The translations under genes and the position numbers were made by a program. From the human T2T-CHM13v2.0 reference genome, Homo sapiens, in NCBI RefSeq assembly GCF_009914755.1, contig NC_060929.1: a stretch of DNA of 64,000 nucleotides. One strand, 5' to 3'. Position 1 is the first letter of the stretch. Each line of letters starts with the position of its first letter. Below, piece by piece: positions 16,012-32,126 of the stretch. The notes beneath the pieces were generated by a model. It searched no databases and was not told where the DNA came from. It saw nothing but the letters and a program-made list of their open reading frames with translations.

Positions 16012-16318
16012 GGCTTAGTCTTTTGGGGCTGATATAACAAAGATACCAGAGGCTGGGTGGCTTATCAACAACAGACATTTGTTTCTCACAGTTCTGGAGG
16101 CTGGGAGTTCCAAGATCAAAGTACTGTCAGATTTCATGTCTGGTAAGAGTCCTTCCCTCACAGATAACGCACTCTTAGAGCATCCTCATTGGACCTCTTT
16201 TATAAGGAGCAAATCCCATTCATGAGGATCTAATCACCTCCTGAAGACCTCATTCCCATTGGGGATTAAGCTTCAGCATATGAATTTTGGGAGAAGACAG
16301 AAACATTAAATAATAACA
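16012..16318 (-). mobile_element. MaLR LTR (MLT1A/MSTD-like)
   Basis: cttagtc...tctcacagttctggaggctgggagttccaagatcaa...tatgaattttgg. Confidence 0.8.
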
Positions 16319-18372
16319 TGACTAAAGAAGAACAAATGAAACAAATTCAGCAGGAAAAGCATATTTAAGTTATTTTGATAGAGAAACAATATTTTCATAG
16401 AGATATTATAAGAAGTGCCTTTTGTATATAGTATAAAAACAGCACAGCCTATTCTGGGAAAAAATTACATTACTGACTTCTTCTTGAGAAGCATCAAGAC
16501 CATTCTTGTTCTAAATAGAGCCCTCCTTGCATGGATGGGGGATTTGTTTTTTATAATACCTCCAGAGTGATATTTAGCAAAGTATTTTAAAACACCATAT
16601 AATATGTACTCACATACCATTTAATTTCTAATATAGATCAATATTTAAATATATATATAGCTGCTTATCAAAGTTGTGTTTAGTGCATACAGTTTACTAA
16701 ATCTTTCAAAAATAGTTCTAAAAATTTTATGTATCTTAGAAATGTTTGCTGAGGTATTTATTTTGTTTTTGTTTTGCTTTTAAATTATTAATGCAGTTGT
16801 CTTTTTCTGAGCAGTGCCCCTATCTAGACCACAGTGTTTCCTAGAAAATAACATCAAGCTCTTCCAATGACTTCTTATTTATTGATAGAAACAAGTCTTT
16901 TACTTTTGATATGTAGAGAATTACTTTTAACATCAATGATTTTCATTATTATGTGAAAGCTTCTACTGGCTGCTAAGCTAAAAATTGCATAACATTGCTA
17001 TAATGCTTAAAACAAGGCCTAAGATTAGTATATATTCCATATCTTTATTGTGAATTAAGTCACAAAGTTGTTAATAAGAATGTTATATTTAGTTAGACTG
17101 AAACAGATTTTTCTGGCCAGATAGGATGTTGGTTGGGAGTAAGACATTCAGGCCTGACCAGGTTTGAAGCAAAGCTCTGCAATGTCCATAACCTCTGACA
17201 TCTCTTTTCCCTCCCCTGTTAGAAGTGAACAATGATACCACTTAGAGCACATGAAATTGTCAATCACAGATACTGGCCATGGCATTGGTATGAAATCCTA
17301 GAAAGCTTCTACTGTGCCAAGCACTGATCATTTAGTTTCTGGATCACGGGGATATTTGGGGAGAGGGGGTTCCAGGTGAAATTCTATAGCAGCAGAAGAG
17401 ACAAGCAGTATTTAAGGTGTAGTGGCCACACAGCAAGTATGGAAGAGTTTTGATATCTTAATATCTGATAATGTCAACATTTTAACATTTAGTAATGCCA
17501 ACTCTAGATATTTAAATGTCTAGTACCATCAGCTTACAGGTTGCATATTTGCTGTGGTTGGACTCTAATTTTATATGTTAAATTTTCTCCTGATTGGATA
17601 TCAGGCAGATGATAGACAGAAGATCAGTGTAGGCTTTGGTAGAGAGGGGTAAATGGATTGTAGCTAATAAGCTGAAAATGTCCAGAAAGAAAGGGAAAGC
17701 AGGAAAGATCCTTAACCCTGAAGAGGGGTCCAAGAATGAGATGCTGGGCAAATAGTTCTAGTGAATCAAGAGGGTGGCATTTTTATGGAACATTTTACAA
17801 GTGCCCAGGAGGTGTGTTAGCGATGTAGAAGGTGCCTACCTAGAATTGCCAGTGGGGAGCCCAGTATCCACATGAGAAGTTGCTTTCATATATCATCTGT
17901 GTGCCCAGTGACCTCGGCAGACAAACATTCAGACACTATTTGAATAAAAACTTCCCATTGCTATAATCAAGCCATCACCCTGACACATTTGTGAAAATGT
18001 TGTGTATCTTCATCTAGAAGATGGAGATCACTTTACTAGAGGGAGAGCAAAGCCTAATCCTTTTTTGCGACCTACCTGGAAGAACAGTGTAGTATATAAA
18101 AAACACTGAGGAGAAATGAAGTCATTATTCCCAGCTTTTGAATAAGGACTATATATCTCTCATAATGGGAGAGAGAGGCAAGAGAAATAGTATTTTATGT
18201 TCTCTGCTAAATTTTTCCTTGTTAATTTCAAATTAACTCCATGCCAAAAAGTGTTATGATGTAATCATATATGTATAAATGCACACAGTTGAGAAAACAT
18301 AGACTAAAAATTTGAACTAACATATAGAGTACTTGAAACTTGAATACATGCTTGATATCAGCATCCATTCAT

Positions 18373-18434
18373 TAAACCACTGTTCTATTATGACTTTGAA
18401 TAGTAAACTACTGTTCTATTATGACTTTGAAGGG
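18373..18434 (+). repeat. 31-bp tandem duplication
   Basis: TAAAC(C/T)ACTGTTCTATTATGACTTTGAA occurs twice, 31 bp apart. Confidence 0.9.
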
Positions 18435-18574
18435 TAAGCTTATTGATCAAGTTTATCAAAATACTTGAAAGACCTTGAAGAGTGCTTGTGAATTTTTAAT
18501 AATTATGAAAATACATTAGTTTAGTAGTAAAAGTAATAGGAATAACAGCAAGTGCTATTTTAGAATGCCCATAA

Positions 18575-18750
18575 AATAAACATTTAATAGGTGTTTTACA
18601 TTCATTAGCTTGTTTAATCCAAACAAATATTCTGTATGTAATCATGTGTTCATTTCACAGATGGGTAAAATGAGAATTGAAGATTAAAACTAGGTTGCCC
18701 AAGAATAAGTGAGCAATGCCAAGATTTAAATATGTCCCTCGCCAAATTCC
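18575..18750 (-). mobile_element. MIR fragment
   Basis: catttcacagatgggtaaaatgag...ttgcccaag core. Confidence 0.55.
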
Positions 18751-20669
18751 ATTGTTTGTCCCTGTATTTAACAGAAATGACAAGAGAAGATAAAAACTCA
18801 GTAAAACAATTTTAGAATTTTAAAATTAATTAACGATACATTGAAGATTAATTGATATATTTTATGATTTCATTGTATGAATTTAACATTCTAATATACA
18901 TGACAAAAATGCACAATGCAATATTAGAAGCTAAAATCATGTTTCAGTACTCCCCTGCTGCTTAGAGAGAAGCAATTCAATAGTTTCTTGTAGCAAACAT
19001 TTACATTATTTGCATTGAAAAAAAGCATATTTTATTTTTGCCAAGGCAGAAATTCTTTTGTTATTGTATAGATTCTTGTGTCATTGGCTTTGTAAGAATG
19101 CAGTTAATATCTAAATAAATGTTTTTCAAATCTGTATGTTTTGTTGTTGTCAATAGCAGAGAACTTTGAAAGAGCAATAAACTGACGTCTAGTTCAAGAA
19201 TCTAAACACTTGATCTTTAGTGCTATTTTTAAAAAAAAATTGTCTAAATCTACTTCATTTCCAGTTAATAGCTTCCCTGGAGCAGACCTGAGAAACAAAG
19301 ACTATTGGGTGTTTGCATGTATTTAAAGATCGTTTTATTATTATACTTCACAGGTGATTCCTCTCAATATACTTTCTTATTCACAAAGAATGGGGTTTGG
19401 CAAGGTGTTTGAAACACAAGGGCAAGAGTAAAACAGTCCTCGAAGGAGGAGTGTAAGTTGACTATAATGTCCTCAATTCTGTAGTTAACCTGATTTTCAA
19501 ACTGTCACTTTAATAATATAAGACACTAGCCAACAAAATATTTTTGGATAAATAAAGATCAATGTTATGATTGAGAAACGGACTGAAATTATTTAGATGC
19601 ATAGGTGGTAACTATGCGGTTTAGCCTGGCAATGGTATGTGAAGTGATCATTTTTACAGGCATGTGGAAATTCTGCATTCCATTCTATTTTCTTCAATTC
19701 AACTTATTTCATTTGGTGAATCTCTTCATCTTCCCAAGAAGCATTTCCCTTCATTTTGTGAAGCAGGAAGAGCACTGAAATTGTGGAAGATGAATGCCCA
19801 CCATAAAATGATTGGCTGTCACCATCAACTTCCATTCACATTGTATCTGGATCTTATTAAAATGCAGATTTGATTTTGAGCAAGCCTATTACTATTCTTG
19901 TGGAAGCTTGTTATTCTTCTTTATTATCAAAGTCCGTGGGTCCCTTTAATTCATCTGTCCCTATTTCATAAGATAGCTTGAACATTCCCTGAGCTAATAG
20001 AGAAAGAGTTGAAATGTGGAGTCAGGGTAAAATCTAACTATGGAGACGAATATCACATATTACCTAGACAACTCAGGGTAAAAATAACTTTAGACACTTT
20101 AGGTAAAATTGAAAATGAGCATTTATAGGGTATACTTTAAAAATAACAAGCTCCATTGTTTTCATCTCTAAAATCCCATTTCCATTTTCTCTCTTCCCTT
20201 TATTTTTCATTTAGTAAACACATAAATTAGTAAAAATTTAAACATAAATGTTCATGTTATCCTGGCTTATACCAAATGTTTTCCTAAATTTGAAGAATAC
20301 TACAATTAATTCAAACATTCCTGGTCAAGAAACTGACTAGTACAATGCATGATGATAAAAGTGAGGTATAGTATTCTGTGCATATACAGATGCAAATATA
20401 ACTAACGGTCTCAGTGCGAAATAATTAAGAAATTTCCAGTTTGTTAAGTGGAGGTGTCATATTACACAGGCATCAATAGTAGGTGTAAAAGGAAGAAAGC
20501 ATGAAAACCCATAGGAAAATGTAAACTATCAGGAAGGCAGAGGAAGCTGGGCAAAAGAGAATATGGTGAGGAAGCAGGTTTCCAGATGCCTACTAGAATA
20601 CTGGGACATGACTATTAGGAGCGTATGTGTGAAATTGAGCTGAATAGTTCTGTCCAAGTAAAGCCTTAA

Positions 20670-20820
20670 AAATAAGGCTGGTGCTCTAGAAGCATTGGCA
20701 TCATTTGGAAGTTTGTTAGAAATGCAGAAAATTGAGATACACCTAGACTAGCAAAATTAAATCTTCAATTTAATAACAATCACATATAATGTGAATTATA
20801 TGCATATTAAATTTTTAGAC
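20670..20820. mobile_element. MER5A-like hAT-Charlie MITE
   Basis: gcattggcatcatttggaagtttgttagaaatgcag motif. Confidence 0.6.
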
Positions 20821-23439
20821 AAATTTCAAATGATATATTTGGCGGTTTCTGAGTAGCTTGAAAGCAATTGGCTGAAACCAGAGATCATCAACAATGCTTT
20901 TTGACAAGAAAAGCTCAAACAGGTTTCTGCTGGGAAATACGAAAAAGAAAGATTTAACACCATAAAAATATTTCCTTAATGTGACCCTGGATATAAGAAG
21001 ATCATGTGGATCATGTGGTAGGCATGTGGGTTTTTTTGCATTGTTTTTGTTGTTTTTTGTTTAACATATCAACAACCCTTTATTTCATGTAGCAATCAGC
21101 TTCAGAATAGTCCGGAATAATAGCTCCAGGTAATTTCTATTCTGAAAATGAAACACAAATGAGCTTAATAGTTAATACCCTGGAATTACAAATTGTCTTT
21201 GTCTATTTCAAAATAATGTTTCCCTGCACTCAGGTAGGGGACTTCCATACACTCTTTACATGTTAAGTTTTACATTTTGTATTATTATTTCTATGTTTTG
21301 ATTATTTAAATATTACTTTTCTAAATAAAAACTATACATTGTTTTTATTTTTATGTGGAAGACAGTCAAAGCTTTTATTTGAAGATTCTACAAGATAGTT
21401 CTAATTTGGGCACAGATGTAGGAAAGATTTATAGGGTATTAGCAGGATTAAGTAAGTCAAAGTTTTGCTAGTTTTGGAGAAAAGTTAGGCAAGGATGGTT
21501 CTTGGAAGAGGGAGAATCTGACCTTATGGATTAGCGTCATTGTTTGGGCAATTTAGATATTGTCAAGAAGGTTAGAGGAACAGTTAAGGGCTACACGTAT
21601 GTCCAGGAGGTGGCGGGAGAAAGAGCTGTAAGGGACAAAGTCAGTTAGGGGCTATAGAGAAAAATTATTTGTCCTACCCTATCTTTTACAATTAACAGGT
21701 TATTTTAGTGTAGGAAATACAAGTGAAATATTTATCTAAATATCCCATGTTTCTTATTATAAATGCATACATATGACACAATCTGTTTCACTAATGCTAA
21801 ATCAAACTCAAGTTTCTATTGTTTGTGCTGTGGTCTCCAAGAGAAAGGACTCAATATTGATGGTTTGCACAAATTAAACTCAACCATGCAGGAGAACTTG
21901 AACTCTTCCAGTGGAATACACTGAATATTTCTACCATTACATTGAGATAGCTCCTTACTTCACTTGTTGTCCTGGACCTCATCACTGCTATACTTTTTTT
22001 CATACATCTTAGGATGCTGAGAACTCTGTTCATTGTACTTTGTTTCTCCATGTTTAAATTAGGGCAGGTTTGGTCTATCCTTGATTTCATATCAAAAACC
22101 TAATTGTCTGTAAAAATCAAGCCTCTAACATATATGCCACAAATATGCCATGGCAGCATGCATGCCATGTATATATGATGCAATGATATTTGATAAGGAC
22201 ATTGACACAGACTTCTTTGATTTTGTGAAAGAGCAGTAAATACCAGATCATCAAAATCAAGAATGCTTTATTGTAACTCAAATGGTACCTCTTACAAATA
22301 AAATGTTCTTTTGAGAAAACTCCTTTCTGGAATTTTTACATCTACCTGCCATCCTTCTGAGCTACGCAATGGTGAGTAGTACAGGGTAGGCCAGCAAGTG
22401 AAAGAAGATGTGTTAACAAGAGTTTCAAAAACACTGTGCATTAATTACATACAGTGAGTACCTAGGTGTAATGTTGCAAAACCTAATGCGTGGGGAGTTT
22501 CTTCAAAATAGCAGAGTAAAAACTGTCATGCCTATTTCCTGAGAAGCAGAAAAAAGTATATATATATATTTGTATGTGTATGTGTGTGTGCATTTTTCTT
22601 TATGGAAGAGGAAGCCCCAAAGTTGAGGTGAAAGTAAAAAGTTAGACAGAAATATTGTTTTGTTAACTGGTTTGAAAAATGGTGGTTTTCTCTTCATCCA
22701 AAGAAACAGGCTGATTGTCCTCATTTTAATTCTTTCCTAGTGTGGACATGCGAGCTCTAGTGCTTTTGCTGCTCTTAAGAGTGAAAAAAAGCTCACAAGT
22801 GTTTGTGGCCGGTGATTAACCATCAGAGCTTTCTCTGTGTGAACAGCTATTTTCAACCAAAAAGATAATTTCAATTAATCACTATTAAAATTAATCTCAA
22901 TATTAGCAATTTGTCCAGAAATCCAAGGACAATTATCAAACTAAACTTTTAACACATGCTAATTAGCCTATTTTAAATAAAAATTTCAACACTAACTTTA
23001 TTTACAGAAAATATACAGAGAATATATAGATTGAAAATGCAAATGAATAATATAATAGAATTTGCACAGTTCCTTTTTGATATTTCAAATATCAGAAAAA
23101 ACCTAATGTTTTGGTCAGTGTCTGATAATTCCCACCTCTTAATATTTTTCTTCGTGAATAATTAGGAAGAAGTCAGGATCTCAATAGATTAATGAACAAA
23201 TTCTTCAAACAAACATATACAAGAATTATACAAACCCAAAATATCTATAAAATGTGCTCTAACTTGATTTTATGAAAGCCATAAAAATGTGATTTTCCTC
23301 AAATAGACTGGCGAAACAAAGAAACAAAAATGATACAATTTCTATTTAGGGACTATCATTCAACACTATCCTTATGTTAATGATAGGAAATAGGAATTTT
23401 AAGAATCTCCTAAATACTGCTTTAAGAACTTAAATTGGT

Positions 23440-23930
23440 ATAGGCATTTCAGCCATATTAACAATGCCACATTGAATTTGCCTCTATTCCCTCCCAGTAT
23501 CTCTGTCTTTCCCTTGAAATCTCTGCTGACCTTGCTATTTGTCAAGGATGCTAGGCATTTGCCTACCTCAGGTTCTTGACAATCTTCTCTCTGCTTGATG
23601 TTTACTTCTACTATGTACTTCTGTATGTGTCTGTCTTCATTTGTCTTTCCTCAAATACCACATTTCTCAGTGAGTCAGATTCTGACCACACCATTTATAA
23701 TTTCTAACAGTCTAATGAGGCAATCCCTGTCTCTCTTTATTCCCTGTTTTATTTTTTTCTCCATGTACTTATTGCTATCCATGCAATATTACATATATTA
23801 TTTTGGGTCTGTTTTCTCTAGAGCATATGTAGTTTAACAAGGATTTTGTCTTTTTTGTTACCGTTACATCCTCAGAGCCAAGTACTGTATGATACATGCA
23901 TGTTTTTTGATGATTAGATCCATGTGTGCA
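23440..23930 (+). mobile_element. L2 3' fragment
   Basis: Diverged L2 tail motifs (cctacctcagg, ttttgttaccgttacatcctcagagc). Confidence 0.5.
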
Positions 23931-23972
23931 ATATCATCTCACATAAACATACACATATACATATATACACAC

Positions 23973-24589
23973 TGCTGGGGAAATACAAATAAAAACTAAG
24001 TCTCCTGCCAACTAAGGAAACCTCTTCACAAAAATAAAAAAAGAAAGGAAATAGTTTTATTATTGAATAAACAGTAAACCAGAATGTGAAGCTAAGAGAT
24101 TGCCAAGATAGAAATACATCTCTCCCTTTTATACAGGCAGGCAGATACAGCCCGTTACATACATGTTCTCAGCATAAACTTAACTAGTGCTTAAGTTAAC
24201 AGTACTTGACAGCACCATTTGTCACATATAGTTTGTCTTAGATGCACCTGGTCATTCAGGAGGCCATCTGCACTTGCTAACTGGATTTACGCACAGGAAA
24301 AATAAATTTCTCATATATTTATGACAGGAGAAGTGTTGCAACTTGAGGAGAGTGCCTGCAGAACTTAGGCCCCTGCCTGTCACAGGAACTGGGAGATAGG
24401 GGCACTATCATCTTGATGGTGACATTTCAGAGATGGTTTTCAAGTCCTTAAGAAAGAGACAGAGAAAGAACTTAGAATTATTAAGTTTCTAAAGTAAATT
24501 CTCTAGCAAATGGGAGGAGGGAGGTCTCTCCCTTTATTTCCAACAAGAAAAATTAAGCCTCCTATTTTTAATTTGTATTTGCTCTTACA
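23973..24589 (-). mobile_element. ERV1 solo LTR (MER67C-like)
   Basis: TG...CA termini; minus strand starts TGTAAGAGCAAATACAAATTAAAAATAGGAGGCTTAAT. Confidence 0.75.
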
Positions 24590-24597
24590 GTCTGTCA

Positions 24598-24600
<3 letters not shown>

Positions 24601-24649
<49 letters not shown>

Positions 24650-24660
24650 CATCCATCCAT
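24601..24660 (+). repeat. Compound tetranucleotide STR (CTAT)12(CCAT)3
   Basis: Directly counted. Confidence 0.97.
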
Positions 24661-24876
24661 GTATCATTTATCGTTTATCTTTCTTTCCTTCTGGTGAATC
24701 CACTAAAAGTCTTAAGAGCTTTCTATTTATTTACTTATGTCTTGAAGGTTTGCCTTAGTGTCTTGGGCAAAAGATTTAATTTTCATTTACTTCAAATGCA
24801 TTTGAATTACTTTTTAGAAAAATCATTAACAGGGATTTTATTTAAAAGTATAATTTTTAACTTTAATAAATGTAGA

Positions 24877-24911
24877 TGTATTAGGTCTCTCTAGGGGGCA
24901 GAACTAATAGG

Positions 24912-24952
<41 letters not shown>

Positions 24953-25343
24953 GAGAGAGATGTGTTTGTTAAGGAGTATTAACTCACACAATCACAAGGT
25001 CCTACAATACGTTGTCTGCAAGCTGAGGAGCAAGGAAGCCAGTCTGAGTCCCAAAGCTGAAGAACTTGGAGTCTGATGTTCCAGGGAAGGAAGCATCCAG
25101 CATGGGAGAAAGATGTAGGCTGGAAGGCTAAGCCAGGCTAGCCTTTCATATTCTTCTGCCTGCTTTTTATTCTGGTTGTGCTGGCAGCTGATTAAATTGT
25201 GCCTACCCAGATTAAGGTTGGGTCTGCCTTTCCCAGCCCACTGACTCAAATGTAAATCTCCTTTGAAGACACCCTCACAGAAACACCCACGATCAAAACT
25301 TTCCATCCTTCAATCAAGTTGACACTCAGTATTAACCATCACA
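24877..25343 (-). mobile_element. MLT2A1-like 3' LTR
   Basis: Minus strand starts TGTGATGGTTAATACTGAGTGTCAACTTGATTG; internal (TA)n; adjacent PPT CAAGGGGTGGACT. Confidence 0.93.
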
Positions 25344-25804
25344 AGTCCACCCCTTGTCAACCTGAACCCATACACATCTCCTGAGATCATATGTAATCTT
25401 TAAATAAGGACAATAATAAGGTCAAAATTACACCTAATATAATACAACTATCTTTCCTACAAGTGGAAATCCACCAATCCCCAAACCACATGCTATTACA
25501 TAAACTTAACAACACTTAAATGCTTATATAAAGTCAATAAATCTTACTTTACATGATAAAGAAAAAAGGTAATAAAATGAAGATATTTTCTTTTTTTTTA
25601 TTATACTTTAAGTTTTAGGGTACATGTGCACATTGTGCAGGTTAGTTACATATGTATACATGTGCCATGCTGGTGCGCTGAACCCACTAACTCGTCATCT
25701 AGCATTAGGTATATCTCCCAATGCTATCCCTCCCTGCTCCCCCCACCCCACCACAGTCCCCAGAGTGTGATATTCCCCTTCCTGTGTCCATGTGATCTCA
25801 TTGT

Positions 25805-28613
<2,809 letters not shown>

Positions 28614-28743
28614 TGATTACTACTTTCTTCTATTACACATTTTCTATTACCTTTGCCTTCAGCAAGCACCTCAGCAGATCCTGGGATTCAGTTTGTTTGT
28701 TTGTTTGTTTGTTTGTTTTTTCCTGGTGGAGTGACCCAAACCT

Positions 28744-29178
28744 TCATTCCTGAAAGGTCTGGGTCATTGTGGTCATGCCTGGATTGGGCTGTTGTAGTTT
28801 CTCATTGACCTTAATCACAGGGCACAGTAATACTAAGAGATGCCCCAAGGGATCTCCTGCATTCCATGCATACTGTTCCTTACCTCCATTGTGGAGTAGC
28901 AGACTGATATCATCTTGGTAGTCTGGGTCAGTTACCCCAGCCAACACTGTAAACCTCTTCTTAGCCTGTTGACATAAAGGTAGGAGGAGTCCAAAGTGTC
29001 CAGGTGGCAATCTTAACTTCCAGTTTAATGCAATCGTTGTGTCTCTTGTTGGCAGCATTCCTCCCTCTGGAACTAAGACGTGTAGGCCAGCAGAACATAA
29101 TGTCACACAAACAGGAAGCAAAAATTTTGCTAGTGGATCATTCAGGGTGATGATGAGTGGTGGTGCTTCCATTTCCAC
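28744..29178 (-). pseudogene. dut: HERV-L dUTPase remnant
   Basis: LNWKLRLPPGHFGLLLP...VLAGVTDPDYQDDISLLLHN; position 3' of integrase is typical of ERV-L. Confidence 0.88.
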
Positions 29179-29179
29179 T

Positions 29180-31700
29180 CCTTTATTCCTAGACCCATGA
29201 ATCCTAGCTATGGGAGAAGCAATGCCATATTATAGACGTGGATTCAGAGTATATGCGACCTTCTGGAGAACTTTGACCCAGTCCTGCAAAGTATTGTCAC
29301 CTAGTTGTTGTTGTACTTGTTACTTCTAAAGGCCATTCCACTGTTCCATCAACCCAGCTGCTTTAGGATGATGGGAAACATGGTAAGACCAGTGAATTCC
29401 ATGAGCATGAGTCCACTGCCACACTTCTTTAGCCATAAAGTGAGTGCCTTGGTCAGAGGCAATGCTGTATGGAATACCATGATGGTGGGGATAAGGCATT
29501 CCATTAGTCCAGGGATGGTGTCTTGGCAGAAGCATTGCATGCAGGATAGGCAAACCCATACCAGAGTAAATGTCTATTCCAGTGAAGACAAACCTCTGCT
29601 TTTTCCATGATTGAAGTGGTCCAAAATAATCAAGCTGCCACCACACATCTGGCTGATCACCTAGAGGAATGTTGCCATATCGAGGGTCAGTGTGGGTCTC
29701 TGCTGCTGCCAAATTGGGCACGTAGAAGTGGCTATAGCCAGAGTCAGCCTTGGTGAATGGAAGGTCATGTTGCTGAACCCATGTGTAACATCCATCCTTG
29801 CCACCGTGGCCACTTTTTTCATGGGCCCATTGGGTGATGACAGAGTTGGCTTGGGAAAAGAGGTTGAGTGGTGTCCACAGAATGAGTCATTCTATCCACT
29901 TGATTATTAAAATTATCCTCTTCTGATGTCATCTGTTAGTGAGCACTCACGTGGGATATAAATATCTTCAGTTTTTTACCACTCAGAGAAGTTCGTTCAC
30001 ATACCTCTTCCCCAAATTTCTTTGTCACCAATTTTCCAATCATGCTTCGTCCAAGTCCCTGACCATCAGGCCAAACCATTGGCTACAGCGCATGAATCAG
30101 TATATAATCACACATCTGGCCATTTCTCCTTCCATTCAAAGTGCACAAGCAGGTGCACTGGTTGAAATTCTGCCCACTGGAAAGATTTCCCTTCACCGCT
30201 GTCCTTCAGGGATATCCTAGAAAGGGGCCGTAGTGCTGCAGCTGTTCACTTTTAAGTGGTGCCTGCATATCATACTGAACATCTATGAATCGGGCCCTAG
30301 TCTTCTCTTCCTCTGTCAACTGATCATAGGGAACTCCCCATAAAGCCATCAGTGCAGGCTGGGGGAGAGAAGGCAGGGTGGCAGAAGTGAAGGCCATGGG
30401 CATTTGAATCATTTCCTCATGTAACTTATTTGAGCCTTAAGGACTTGCTCGAGCATAATCACATATATACCACTTCCATTTGATGATGGAATGCTGCTAT
30501 TCATGACCCACTTTATGGCTAGATGGGTCAGAAAATACCCAGTTCGTGATAGGCAGTTCAGGTCGCATGGTGACTTGATGACCTGTAGTCAAACGTTCAG
30601 TTTCCACCAAAGCCCAGTAACAAGTCATGAGCTGCCTCTCAAAATGAGAGTAATTATCGTGGAAGATGGCAGGGCCTTGCTCCAAAATCCTAGAGGTCTC
30701 TACTGTGATTCACCTATGGGGGCCTGCCAAAGGCTCCAGACAGCATCCCTATATGCCACCGACACCTCAAGAACCATTGAATCTGCTGGGTCATTAGCCC
30801 AAGAGGCAGAGCAGTTTGCATAGTAGTCTGGACCTGTTGCAGAGCCTTCTCCTGTTCTGGACCCCACTTAAAACTGGCAGCCTTTCAGGTCACTCAATAA
30901 ATGGGCCAAAGTAACACACCCAAATGAGGAATGTGTTACCTCCAAAATCCCAATAGGTTCACTAGGTGTTGTGCCTCCCTTTTGGTTTTGCAGGAGCCAA
31001 GTCCATCAACTTATGCCTCGCCTTAGAAGGAATATCTCAACAGGCCCCACACTACTGGACCCCTAGAAATTTTACTGAGGTAGATGTTTCCTGGATTTTA
31101 GTTTGGTTTATTTCCCATCCTCTGACACACAAATGTCTCACCAATAAGTCTAGTGTGTTTGCTACCTCACTGGCTCCAATCAGCATAATGTCATCAATGT
31201 AATGGACCAGTATGATATCTTGTGGAAGCAAAAAGAAATCAAGGTCTCTACCAATAACATTATGGCACAAAGCCAGATATTTAATATACTCCTGAGGTAA
31301 GACAGTAAAGGTATATTGCTGTTCTTGCCAACTGAAGGCAAATTGCTTATGGTAGACTTTATAGACAGAAACAGAAAAAGGCATTTGCCAGATCAAGAGA
31401 TGCATGTCAGGTACCAGGAGATGTGATAACTTTCTCAAACAATGAAACCACGTTGGTACAGCATTTGCAGTCACCACTTGGTTAAGTTCACAATAATCCC
31501 CTGTCATTCTCCAAGATCCATCTGTCTTCTCCACAGGCTAAACAGGACAGTTGAACATGGATGTGGTAGGAATCACCCCCCAGTGTGCTTCAAGTTTTCG
31601 ATGGTGGCACTAATCTCTGGAATCCCTCCAATGATGAGATGCTGTTTTTGATTCACTATTTTTCTAAGAAGAGGCAGCTCTAATGGTTTCCATTTGGCCT
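29180..31700 (-). pseudogene. pol: HERV-L pol remnant (RT, connection/RNase H, integrase), frameshifted
   Basis: RT motifs KTDGSWRMT, YTFTVLPQ, LVHYIDDI, VKFLG; integrase motifs WQLDYFGP, SDQGTHF, GLMEQWN. Confidence 0.92.
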
Positions 31701-32126
31701 TTATCACATAATAGCCATCACCCTACTAGTCAGGGTGCCAATATAGGGGTTCTGCCAGCTGCTAAGTGTGTTTATGCCAATTATGTATTCTGGCACTGGG
31801 GAAATGGCCACAGAGTGAGTCCAGGGACCCACTGAACCTACTGTAAGTCAAATCTGAGCTAAAACTCCATTAATTACCAGACCTTCATAAGCTCCTACTT
31901 TAACTGGAGAACCACAATGACATTTTGGGTCCCCTGGAATCAACGTCAGCTCAGAGCCACTCTCCAGTAGTCCCTGAAATGTCTGATCATTTCCCTTTCC
32001 CCAGTGCACAGTTACCCTGTATAAGGCTGGAGATGCTTTTGGGGAAGGATGGGAGAAAGATATGCAGCATAAATTGTCTGTAGGGTAGTGGGTTCCTTCT
32101 TCATGGGGACCCGGCCTCCCCTTCAT
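31700..32126 (-). pseudogene. pro: HERV-L protease remnant
   Basis: QTFQGLLESGSELTLIPGDP, a degenerate DTG active-site motif. Confidence 0.8.
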
